DNA of 64,000 nt, taken from positions 62,001 through 126,000 of the forward strand of contig JALJEE010001605.1 of the NCBI GenBank assembly GCA_023231475.1, written 5' to 3'. The position numbers were made by a program, and so were the translations under genes. This document shows, piece after piece, positions 25,649 through 37,873 of the stretch. Below the pieces are notes generated by a model. That model did no database searches and was not told where the DNA came from. It was given only the letters and a program-made list of their open reading frames with translations. The DNA is from Seison nebaliae (lineage: Eukaryota). How positions within the stretch are numbered: the stretch's first letter is position 1; each line of letters opens with the position of its first letter.

Positions 25649-28055
25649 ATGGAAACTTTATTTGTGATTGGTAATGGAAGGTTTTTCTATGGAATTCTTT
25701 AGATATCTCTAATTCCATTTATCGTTCAGTAATATTATAGTAGAGAAACATTGGAGGAGTGTTATTCCACGTACAATATGTGATTATTATTTGGAACAAC
25801 AAGGAAAAGTTTTGAATTATTTTAGAAATTCTAATTATAGAAAAAAATGTTTAGATGACAACAGAAGATCTGCCTCCTTTGATTGTAACTCCTTTAGGAA
25901 ATTTGATTTGTGTTCAACATAATACCCTCGCTTTTCTTAGTGTGGTCACAGAAGAAGTATGTCCACTAACAATCGTTGAATTAGTTTATCGAATAATCGA
26001 TATTATAACTGATTATTTTGGTGGTTGTACCGAAACCATATTGAAGGAACATATCGTGACCGTTTTCGAAGTTATCTAAATCATAATAATTTCATATAAT
26101 TCTCGTTTGATGATAGATATTGGACGAAGTATTAGATAACGGATATCCATTGGCGACTGAGTCGAGCATTTTGAAAGAATTAATCAAACCGCCAAATCTC
26201 ATACGATATGTCGTCAACAGTGTCATTGGACAAACGAAGTTAAGATATTATTTCTTTTTTTTTCCTTCAACTTCACATCGTTTCATTATATTTTCTGATA
26301 TTTCTTAAATTATTATTATTATTTTATTTTGGAAAATGTTATTTGAAAAAAATTTTAAATTTTTCGGAAAAGTGTGAGTGATCAGTTACCAGAAGGTCAA
26401 TTGAGTGCCATTCCTTGGAGAAGAACTGGAATCAAATATTCGAATAATGAAGCGTATTTCGATTTGATTGAAGAAGTCGATATTACTATTGATGGGAATG
26501 GAAGAATTGTTACATCTCAAATTCATGGATATGTAAGCACTTTTCATTCATTCATTCTCCTTAAAACTAATCCATATTTTTTCAATACTTACTCTAATGT
26601 ACGAAATACATTTCTTTTGTGATTTTGCACGAAAATTTTTTTAATTTTCTCTTTAAATCTCTTTACCATTTTTGTGAGCGTTAACCCTTTTAATCATTTA
26701 TTGTGTGATGTGTAGAGTGGCGGAACAATCGTCATTGGCAGTAACGTCATCTGAGACGTTAGCGAACATTAATTCGACTTTTGAAAAAATCGAACAAACT
26801 CCTTGGCGTGCCACTGACGAGATTCGTGTAAGTAACGAATTCTTCGTCGATATCGAAGAGAAGATTGATGTGATTATCGGAAGCAATGGTCGTCCTATTC
26901 ATCAGAATGTTTTTGGAACGGTATTAATGAAATCTTCAGCTGTCATTACTATAATTTCTCATTATCTAATTAATTTCAGCTAAACATATTTCCATATCAT
27001 TTCCTCTTAGCTTTATCTGTAATTATTCTCTGCTCTTTTTATGTTATTCATATTTGTCATTTTATTCCTTAATATTAATTACAACAAATTAATTTTTTTT
27101 TTACATTTTTTTCTAGATTGATTGTTGTGTGAAATTAAGTGGAATGCCAGAATTGGCAGTTACTTTCATCAATCCCAGACTCATCGATGATGTCAGTTTT
27201 CATCCATGTGTCCGCTTCAAACGATGGGAGGTTTCCTTCAACATTCAACATTCATAATGAAAATTGAAATTTTCTAGGCTGATCGAATATTATCATTCGT
27301 ACCACCAGATGGCAATTTCCGATTAATATCATATCATATTTCATCACAAAAGTTATCTGTCAAATTTCAGCGTTTTTCAAATTTTCAAACTTTTCCACAA
27401 TTTTTAGTACCATAAATCTTCCCATTGTTGTTCGTCATCTCATCAAATATGGGGAGGGAAGTACTGGGAAATTTGAGATGTCACTGTCCACCGGAAATAC
27501 TTTTGGGAAAACAGTTTTGAATTATTATCATTTAAATTGTATTTAAATTTTTAATTAGGTGAATGATGTTGTTGTTTCAGTGACGATGGCCAAACAGACA
27601 TCTAATATGACATTGACAGCCAGTCAAGGGAAACATTCATTTAATGTGATGACGAATAAATTTTTGTGGACTGTTGGTAAGATTGAATCACAAAAACCAA
27701 ATCCATTTATTCGAGGAAATGTTTTCATAATTTTTTAATTGATTATTTATAATTTGTCTTTTAATTCTTCATTATCTAAATAGATCGCCATTCAAGCAGG
27801 TGCAACAGTACCGCAACAAAATCCGATTGTAACAGTTAGATAATTTCATTGGGGAATTTTCACATTTCGTTTAAGTTACAATTCTCTATACCTCAACTAA
27901 CGGTTTCTGGTGTTCGCATTGCACGAGTTGACATCTTTACTGAAGTTCCATTATTCTTTCTTTTTATTTTAATTATGAAATCCTTTCAGAAATATAAACC
28001 GTTTAAAGGCGTTAAATATTTAACAAGAGCTGGTCGTTATGAAATTCGTACTTAA
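25649..28055 (+). CDS. AP3M1: AP-3 complex mu subunit, with an alternative duplicated internal exon
   Basis: EKHWR, DEVLDNGYPLATE, LKELIKPP, IPWRRTGIKYSNNEAYFD, KLSGMP, DDVSFHPCVR, LSFVPPDGNF and KYKPFKGVKYLTRAGRYEIRT. Confidence 0.96.
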
Positions 28056-28193
28056 TTATTAAAATTTTAATTTATTTCCACTTTCTGAACTAGTCAATAT
28101 TATTTATTCTATTCCTTATTCTGATGTTCATAATAATGAAATAATAAAATTGTTTTTAAAGAGCTTTTTATTCAAATAAATTTATTATTCTTG

Positions 28194-29244
28194 TCAATTA
28201 TGATAATCGATATGTGTTCGAATTTCATTGTTAAATTTCCTCGATGGTAAACCACATCCTGGTATTGGAAGTCCATCCGCGTCAGTTGGACAAGGTGCGT
28301 CTAATCCTGGTGGTCCTTTGTCACCCTTTACACCCGGAGTACCTCTTGGACCCTATTTCAATAAGAACAACAAAAAAATCGGAAATGGAAAATAACTCTA
28401 TCGCCTTTCGGACCACGAATTAAATTACGCTAAAATAAAAATAACATTTCCTTATCAGAATAAAAAAATTGAAACGATTTCTGGTGTAGATTTGATCATA
28501 CGCATTACAGAATTAATCTAATAAATAATTAAACAATTTAAATTAAAGAAAATGAAGAAAACATCCATATGTGATTCTTTTTGAGAAGGTAAGGCTAATG
28601 CTGTGTTAACTCCTGGAGTTCCTCGATCACCCTTTTCCCCCTTAAGGTTAGAATAAAATTTAAAGAACATCTTAAAAACAATAACTTTCTCACATTTTTT
28701 ACAATAATGACGAATATTTTTATTGATCGATTTATCAATATTAGACAATTTCGGATCTTTACATGGCTAAAATAAAGTAATTTAATTTCAATTGAGGAAG
28801 AAAACTGTTGAAACTTCTCCTTTTTGTCCTATTGGACCCTAAACACAAAAATAATAAATAATTTCTCAAAATAACAAAAATTAACTGGAAATCCCGGATA
28901 TCCATTATTTCCAGTTTCCCCTTTCTGACCTTTTTCACCTGAAAAATATAGTGGAAAATATAAGGGAAAAGTTAGCCAACCAATACATTGACATATTGAT
29001 GACTTTCTTCCATAATGGTTGTTGGTATCAAATGCATTTCGACGAACTCTGTCGTATGTTTCTATTGCTTTACTTACTGGTCTAATGTCGGCATTCTAAA
29101 CAGATTAGGTATATAGAACAATATGAATCGTGAAGAAAAATGAATAACAAGAATGATGAATGTTGTTAGAATTATACTATTAATTAGAGTCAATAGATAG
29201 AAGAAGTAACTCATTATTCCATTTTGTTTAGCATACCACAACAT
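28194..29244 (-). CDS. Miniature MACIT-type transmembrane collagen (COL13/23/25, col-99-like), 9 exons, ~226 aa
   Basis: N-terminal TM segment, RVRR furin site, CQC, three short Gly-X-Y blocks and the C-terminal MACIT signature [18 protein letters not shown]. Confidence 0.85.
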
Positions 29245-30039
29245 TATATTGTATTTTAAAAGAATAATGAAGATGAATATTTCCAACGATCCTTTTAAGA
29301 CTTCCAATCATATCTACATTATTTTCTATTTATGTACTAATATTTTTCTCGGGAAATGTTTGTATAATGAACATATTTTCTTTCAATGAACTTCCCATGA
29401 TTGATTTGAGCAGATTGATATCGTTGAAAGGTTCTTATTATGATAAATAAAATGAGAACAGACTTTTGTGGGGCAATCCATTAAAGTATGTGGAATCCAA
29501 TCAGAAAATCGATTTGTTTCATAATCATACTCACCAGAAAATAAATGTATGAGAAAATCATAAATTAGTTAAGAAACTTGAATATAATATACAAACAATT
29601 TGTTGAACTTTAATTTAAGTACATTAAGGAATTGGTTTAGGTAAGAAACGAACATGTTTTAAATAAATATTAAAATTTTAAATTGAACCAAATTATTCTT
29701 TATTTATTAATTTATTTGTAATAAGACGAAAAAGAAAGAAAAAGAAGAAAAGAAAGGAACAAAATTGGAAGGAACTGCAGAAAAATCCACTAATCTAATG
29801 GGGAAAAAAATGTATAAAGAAAGATTAAAAAAAAGAAAAAAGAAATCTGTAAATTCCCATACAGAGACAATTCAAACGTCGCTCTCGAGAACAATCCTCA
29901 AGACGTTAAGCTGATTTTTTTCTATCAGGGTCTTGGCGGAATATAATTTCTATTAAATTCAACAGAATGATATATTCGACAAAATATATTTGAAACTCTT
30001 TTTGACATGTCCTTAATTAAAAAAAACAACGAGAACGAG

Positions 30040-30607
30040 CATTTATCCTTTCACCATCGATGTAAACTATTCTCAATCGAATTGAAAATCCAACTATTTC
30101 GTACATTCTGCACCGATTTTTATGGAATTCAGGCATCTCTCTCATTTTCCTTACAGTCCATGAATTCAATGGATAGAGCATACAATCGGTGCTGCCACAT
30201 CTTACTCACTAGTCAGATGTAAACGTCCCTTCAATCGAGCATTTATGTTCTGCTTAATGGGCATCTCTTCTTTCCCATTGTTAATCGTTAAGAGATATTT
30301 GTCACTCGTTTCCGATATTAACATATCTTCTTTTCCTCATCCGACATATGCAGAGTGTGAACAATTCAACAGTCCTGCAAAATTTTTCTGTCATTATTAT
30401 GCTTTACAATATCCCATATCTACGGTTGATTTGGAAGCACTAGTTGACAAATTTAGTTTCGAATCATTTATTCCTATTCATCTGAGGGAGGGGTTGTCTC
30501 GTGGTCGTGATTTTATTTCCAGTAACAATTTTTCTTCCCTTATTGATTTTCTTTATGCTTTACCTTTTACCCTATGGGGATTCCGCGTCTTAATAATAAA
30601 AAAAAAA
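30040..30607 (+). mobile_element. 5'-truncated, degenerate non-LTR retrotransposon (LINE) 3' end
   Basis: KIQLFRTFCTDFYG..MDRAYNRCCHILL resembles the post-RT region of CR1/L2-group ORF2. It contains a stop and a frameshift and ends in taataataaaaaaaaa. Confidence 0.6.
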
Positions 30608-30924
30608 TATTAATATAACAAATACATATATTGTAAGTAATACTAGTATTCTCATAGTTGATATACAACAACTTACTAACTTATTGACCGTTGGATGGGG
30701 AATGGAGAATTTTCGAATATGTTCAGATAGGCCTGTCGGTTTGCAGTATAGAAAAATCCTCCCAAAAATGATAGTCGTTGTTAACGTAAATGATTATCGT
30801 TCGGAGTATATTGTTAGAGATATCAACTTTGGCAGATCAGTTGTTATTCATTTAGAAACATGAATATTATAAAGTTTAATTACGCTATTTTGTCGTGGCA
30901 CGTGGGCATCGTGCGGATCGGAAC

Positions 30925-31355
30925 TACTGCTTGAAAAAAAACTCAAAAAGTTAAAAACTAGTCGATATTTAGTCAAAATAATTTAAGCTTTAATAAGTTT
31001 TTAGTCGAAATAAAAACTTTAGTTTAAACTTAAAATAAAAACTTAATAAAAACTCATTAAAAACTTGAATAAATATGTAATAAATAAAATAAAATAATAT
31101 GTATTTTAATGGAATAATATTGCTTCTGCTATTATTCTATCTACTACTTTTATTGTTGAAATTGGAGAAAAGTTTGTTTAAGTTTCAAGCACAAGTCTCA
31201 AATTAAGTTATAAACTAGTCTAACAAAGAAGTCTTGTAAGTTTTTATTGAGTTTTTATCTCGAGTTTAAACTATTAGTTGATATGTAGATAAAAACTACT
31301 AGGCTTAAACAAAAAAAAAGTTTTTATTATAAAAACTAGTTTTTTTCGTGCAGTA
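30925..31355. mobile_element. Non-autonomous DNA transposon (MITE), 431 bp, with an 8-bp TSD
   Basis: Imperfect TIRs TACTGCTTGAAAAAAAACT and AGTTTTTTTCGTGCAGTA. Flanked by identical ATCGGAAC at 30917-30924 and 31356-31363. Many internal AAAAACT/AGTTTTT subrepeats. Confidence 0.88.
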
Positions 31356-31759
31356 ATCGGAACTCATGGTGAAGGAAGATATAAGATAAAAGTGACGGTT
31401 TATTATTTCTACTAAAAAAGGTTTCTACTGTCTTTCAGCATGCCTTTTCAAAAACTCATGTGACGTCTGTCATGGATAACATCACACTTTATAGTATAGA
31501 AACTTTTTCCCCAGTTAGTGCTTATTCCATTGAAAGGCTTTTCCCAAATATGCTTTGCATTTCTGAGTCGGTTTTACAAACAAATCCCTAACTTTCGGTA
31601 TCTTATTACGATTTTTCTCTCTCATTTTCATAACTAATCGACATAATACGGCATCGGTATAGGTCATTTTTGATTTTTTGGGTTCTGGCAGGTATCGATC
31701 GAAACCTTATATACAAAATGTTGATAGAGGAAAAAAATATTTATAGCCTTGATAAATTA

Positions 31760-33760
31760 AAATAACTGGAATCATCGTCATAGTGAGTATCTTTCCTCAA
31801 TCTCCTTTTAAGACTTGGTTTATCTTTACTCATTATAGAAGTTTCAATTACTTCAATTTTCTGCGGTTCTGAACTAGATTTAGCACTTTCAATGACTACA
31901 GTTTTATTTATGACTCCTTCTAATTTCTCACCCAGATCTTTAAACTTAATTTCTGTACAAAAGTTTCAGAAGATTTAACGTTAAATAAAATCGTTAACTT
32001 TTTGGGCTGCGTTTGACAGGTATTTCTTCTACACCATTATTTAAATTTTCAAAAAACTGTAGCCTTTTCAAAAATGTTTTTTTATGATTTGCTAATTTTT
32101 CTTCTAAAAAAGTGGAACAATTAAACTGAACCTCACGATATTAATATTAAAATAAAACTGAACTTGTTGTTAAACGAGTACCAACGAGAAATGGTAATAA
32201 ATGGCACAATAAAACACATAACATTTTGAACATCACCATATTAAAATAATCAAAAGAAAATTAAAAGAGAATGAAATGGAATTTGATTTACAAATTTTCC
32301 TTTTCCATTTCTTATAATCTAACAAGGATGCACAACCAAATCAGATTTAGCTATTAATTGGAATGACGTCTAATGATAATAAATCAAACATTCTGTTCAA
32401 TATTTCTTATTTGTCGAATTTGTATTCCCTATCATACAAAAACAAGCTTGATTTTAAGTACTCATTAAGTACTTAATTAGACGTTAATTACACTACCTTT
32501 TCACCGTGTTTTAGAGCTCTAAATCACCATGATATTATCGTGTTTTTTCACTGTGTTTTCTCATAATAAGATAACATAGGTTATCACCAAAGAAGTATTT
32601 TAAAATATGATAAAATTTGAAAAGATAATTATTATTTTGGTGTAAGATACAAATCATATTTTATTTCAACAAAATTAAAACTTTTATTACAATATTGCAT
32701 GTTCAATTAATAAAATTATCGAATTTAGTGTAAAGCATTTTGGCAATTCAATTTTTGAAAAATTCTATAATAGACTAATATGAAAGATTCAAAGTATTTG
32801 ATTAGTAACTTTCAATTTTACGTGGTATTTTTGCCATTGAAGACTTTCCATGTGAGACAAAATCTAAAAAATATTAGTTCAACGTTTATTTAATATTTCA
32901 TTCTCTTAAACTAACCGGACCATTCACTTTTCATTTTTCTCCATTTGGTTTTCGGACCTGCTCGTTCTATTTTTCGTTCTACTGCTTCTTTTTTCCTCTG
33001 ATCAATTTCAGCTTGGTCTTCCGAATAACTACGTGAAGCAACTAATAATTCAATAGTTCTTAATTATTTTCATTAGTAATAAACCGCTAAAATCTTCAAG
33101 ATTACTATCTATTTCTAGAAAATTTTAGTTTTTTATAATAAAATTAAAATCATAATGAACCCCATAATTTATCACAATATTGTCGATATTTTTCAGCAGA
33201 ATATTCTGAAGATTTAATATTAAATCAAAACAGTTTTTGACTTTGATCATTTTCAAAAGTATAACCGATGTATCTAAAGAACGATGTGGCTGAATAAAAA
33301 TAAGATAAAAAATATATGACAATAATTAAGTCGTACTAACGGAGTGAAAAAGTATTTTGAATCATTTTTAATTTCCTATATATCACTACTAATTCCACTG
33401 ATAATGAGAGATTTTTATAGAGAAAATATTTTTTTTTACTAAGTTCTTAGATCTAACGAAGATAATCTTTTGTGCATTTACTAAGATCGTGATGCATATG
33501 GGGAAAGCCCTGATAAGGCGGACCGATTGCTTCATATATCTCGGCAAATTTTTCTAATTCTTCTGAATAATTAGATTTTAGATAATAAATAACTATTATT
33601 TCGGACAACCTGGTTTTGGTGGTGGTGGTAGAGGTGCTTGTCGCCTAGGTCTTGGTTTAGTAGGAACTATAGTTTGATCTTTAGTTGGTGAATCATTAAC
33701 AGATTTGACGTTTGCCGTAGCTGCCACAACTTTGTGCTTTAGAGGATTCACATCTGTCAC
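31760..33760 (-). pseudogene. Probable decayed or lineage-specific multi-exon gene remnants
   Basis: Exon-like open segments, some ending at GTT donors (VPTKPRPRRQAPLPPPKP; EDQAEIDQRKKEAVERKIERAGPK; EIKFKDLGEKLEG..). Other segments are interrupted by stops. No recognisable family. Confidence 0.3.
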
Positions 33761-34741
33761 ATAAAATTTTATTTAATAAATATTAAATAGAACAATATGC
33801 AGATCAGTTACAAAATGATAAAAACTTGGGATATTTTCATAGAGACCTTTTGAATGGGATGAATCATCAATCTGATGCATATTTTCATCTTAAAAAATGA
33901 CTAATTATTTACCGGAAAAAAAATTGTAAAACCGTCATCTAATCCTTGTATTAAGTTATGTCCATCATATTGATATACATCATCTTCTATTTCTATTAAT
34001 TAGTGGCTTAGCAGAGAGTTGAGTTTTAGTAACTAACTTTCATATTCGGTATGAGAAATTCCTTAGAACATCGGCAACATGTTTAATAAAACTTACAAAA
34101 ATGCAAACCTAAGACGAAAGAATAAAGTTGAACGTACAAAATTAATAGATGTATAATCATTTTCCCAACAAGAAAAATTATAAGAAACTAAAATGAAACT
34201 TCAAAGAATAAAATCAAAAACTTCGACGTGAAACCTAAATTGAAATTAGTTTTATGTTTTTTGAATTTTGGCAAATGTTGTCTCTAATAATTTTCTTTTC
34301 GGGTACTTTCACTCGACAAGTGAAATTATTAATGTAAAAATTTCAAAAATTTAGCGTTGGAAAGTATTTAATATAGTTCTTTAATTGAATTTTTTTATTG
34401 AAAGCTAATTATTCTAATCTGTTCTTTTATCTACTACCAGCAATGGATAGATTATTTATGGAAGTTGATGATACTTTTAAATGGTATTGATAGATCAATT
34501 AAGTGAGCAAAAGAAATAAGTGAGAAATAATTAAAATGATAAACAGAGGAAATATGATAAATTATTGATTGTTATCGTCAATTATGTGTTCTATGAGATA
34601 AGACGATTAAGAGAGAATGGAATAAATTAATCAAACAACTTCCTTCTTATCCAACTATATGTTTTGAAAACAACTTTCCTAATTTGCAACTACCATTCTA
34701 TCAAAATTATTTATTTATTCTAACCATAACAATAACAAATC

Positions 34742-36133
34742 ATGAAATCGAAAAAAGAAACCGTCACTAAACTTGAGACTGTTGTTGTTATAAAACCCAC
34801 AAAAATTTTAGCAACAGTTTGTGCTATTATTGCTTGTTTATTATTAGCCGTCGCATTATCAAGTACGAATTGGTTGACAGCGTCGGGTATTCGTGAAGGA
34901 TTATTTATGAATTGTTCGATACCAAATGAGCGTATCGGTTCTCATCGTGGTGACGGAAATGAGATATTTTCTGCTTTTACTTCCAATAAAGACAAAAATA
35001 ACCTTATCTATGATAGTAATGATTATTATTCCAATGATGGAATTAAAAATGACCCATCGATTTCCTCATCGATTTATGAAGATGATTATAAATTTGATGA
35101 TGTCATTGAAGAGAATTTAAAAACAGATCATGATTATCAATTATCAAAAAATTTGAACGATCATGACAAAATCGTCGATAACAAACATTTATCAATGGAG
35201 GATCAACATATTTACAACGAAACAAAATTTTTTGAGAAAAGTAAAAACATTTTTAATTTAAATCAATTAAATATTGAATCAATTCCCAATAATTGGCAAG
35301 AAATGCCTAAAGTTCCTGACTCACCACAAATACGACGTTCACGTCGTTCATATTTATCGGATTCATTCGATATTGTTGGTGGTCAATCGTTAGAATCAAT
35401 TCGACAAATTCAACTTGATCATCATTTGAGTGAAGATGATCCTAGTTCGATTGAATCGAATAATATTGATAAGAAGAAACATTTGCCAAATAAATATGAG
35501 AAAAGTTGTCGTAAAGTCTATTTCATTCGTTAGTTAATTTTTGTTAAAATCATGTTTTTATTTTTAAATTTTTTTTAATTTAGTTTGGTTACAATTATGT
35601 ACAATTTTATTAGTTGGAAGCAATTTCTTTATCTTTATTTCTGTTGTTTTAATGGTGATCGGTCTCATTATGAGAAGATCGTCAAAGAAAGGCACTTTAT
35701 TCAGTGTCGCTTCCTTAATTTTAACATTGGCAGGTTTCCATTTTTCTTTCTCTAAAAAACATTTGATAAATTTGATAAATTTTCAGTTTTATGTCTAATT
35801 GCAGCCTTAATACTCTTCCCAGCAATGTTCGTCAATCGAGAAATGGAAAAAAGGAATCGTGGGCGATGGTATTTCGGATGGGCCTATGGTGTTGCGTGGG
35901 GATCATCATTTTTCGTGATAGCATCAATTATATTAGCCCGTTGGCATTCGAAGGATGAAATTTATTTCGTAGAGAAGGAGAAACCTATTCAAAAACGTGG
36001 TAATCTCTCACCTAATTGCGACAATGAAAAGTATCGAAGTATTGATAAAGAGGAAGATAGTCGGGAATTGTTAATAAAAAAGAATCGTTCATCAATCGCC
36101 AAAAGATATGAAGATGGATCGGAAGAGATTTGA
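34742..36133 (+). CDS. TMEM47: TMEM47/PMP22-claudin superfamily tetraspan protein with an enlarged first extracellular loop (3 exons)
   Basis: ETVVVIKPTK start, W..REGLF..C claudin motif, LILFP and WYFGWAYGVAWG. Confidence 0.82.
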
Positions 36134-36846
36134 AATAAATGACAATAATTCTACTTCATTTTATTTTTTTCATTTCCATCCATCTCCACATGATTAGGAG
36201 ATGGAAAAGAAATTTTTTTTCACTAATTGCGCAATAAATGAAATTTTATTTAATAACAATTGTCCTCTACTATCGATGCTTCGGCTAAATTGATGTTAAA
36301 TTAGTAACGGAAAATGCTGAAGGTACATTCCTCTAAAGTTAATGACTATCTGATTATGCACAATGAAAATAATCAAATCAAAGATAATCATCTTGCGAAT
36401 AGAATAAATAAGAATTGTTGTGGACAGAAAGCAACCATATGACATATCTACGTTCGAAATTTTAAACGGAATTTATTTACAACTCAAAAATTATTTTCAT
36501 CAAACAATGAAAATACAACTTTTTTTTGAAATAATTCTTCACATTATTCATCCTAACAAGTAAGTAAAATATGGAAGAAATATCACGAATAAATTCCGAA
36601 ATTTTCCTTAAACGAAAAACCCGTTTCATTGAACGAATGATGTGGAATGAATTTGAATGATGGAAATAAATGGAAGAATTTGTGAGAATTAGAAATATCC
36701 TACTATTTTGGTAATTTGAGAAGAGAAGGAATTATTGATGACCAAAGAATATCAGAATGAGAATATAAAAACTAAATAAAAGATTTTTCCTATTTCTTAA
36801 AAAAGATAAAAAAAAGTCGTTTCATTTCAGGACAGAATTCGAAAAG

Positions 36847-37146
36847 ATGAAAATAATTATGAAAGCAATTTCCATCATTATACTTTTGATTCTCGTCGAT
36901 TATATGCACGTCGTAACTTGCTATAATAATGATTTGTTCACTAATCATGTTACTGATGGTGACAATAATGAAATTAATGATTTCTCAAAAGACTTAACGA
37001 ATGAAATGATTAGAAAATTTTTCGACAATCAATTCCTACACTTCAAGTCATCGAAGAAAGTGAAAAAGCAACTAATGGATCCTTTATTCATTGGGAAGCG
37101 TGGCAATGGTGTGAATCGGATGGTCGATGCACTTTACATGGGATAA
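36847..37146 (+). CDS. Neuropeptide precursor yielding two related amidated peptides
   Basis: Signal peptide, then KK-QLMDPLFI-G-KR and R-MVDALYM-G-stop, which show the dibasic cleavage and Gly amidation pattern. Confidence 0.8.
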   Translation: MKIIMKAISIIILLILVDYMHVVTCYNNDLFTNHVTDGDNNEINDFSKDLTNEMIRKFFDNQFLHFKSSKKVKKQLMDPLFIGKRGNGVNRMVDALYMG

Positions 37147-37307
37147 AGAGACGATTGAAATTATTGATGAAAACTTATATGAAATTCTTCTAATTCTCTT
37201 CTAATTTTTTAGTTTTCTTTATTTAGTTCTTCAAACGTATGAACTGTAACATTAAATATAATCTATTTCTTTAAAAAAATAAATTTTGCTAATTTTAACT
37301 CTCTAAT

Positions 37308-37717
37308 TTATTTGTCATCGGGTGATAACCATAGTTTTGTACAACTTTGAGTTCGACGGTTAGTTACTAAAAATGCTGAGACAATACCTAAATTTTTCGT
37401 TTGAAAAAAGTTCATACACAAAACATCTCTAACCTGCTCCCAATGCCATCGGCATAACTAATTTTTTATTTTTGATCAACTTCGGATAGACCTCTCCCAA
37501 TATCAATACTGAAGACATGGCTCCTAAGAATCCGAACACTCCATAAGTATATGTCTTTCGTTGACATCTCATATATTGTTCGGTATAATCGATGATTTCT
37601 TGCTGATTGTCCACTGAGAGAGCCATACACTAGAGCAATGTCGAATTAAATTGTAATATCAAGAAAAAATAATTTAGGAATACTAACGGACTGGTCATTG
37701 TCTTTAGGAGACGCCAT
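37308..37717 (-). CDS. TMEM141: Transmembrane protein 141-like (3 exons)
   Basis: MALS..YMRCQ, two TM segments and C-terminal VTNRRTQSCTKLW. Confidence 0.7.
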
Positions 37718-37873
37718 ACAAAAAAAATGATTTTGAGAGGAGGAAAATTAAGCTAAATATTTTAGAGAATTTTGAAAAAAATAATTTTTTGTTATATTTA
37801 CCAAATAATCTACTACCTCTTAAACTGGATGAATGTTCTTTTTTTAATTGAACAGTATACGAAAAAAAAAAAC

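Noticed and set aside
30660..30690. ACAACTTAC/CTTATT resembling a rotifer spliced-leader sequence (also GGCTTATT near 43386)
   Set aside because: Only short partial matches, with no adjacent donor and Sm site in SL RNA order.
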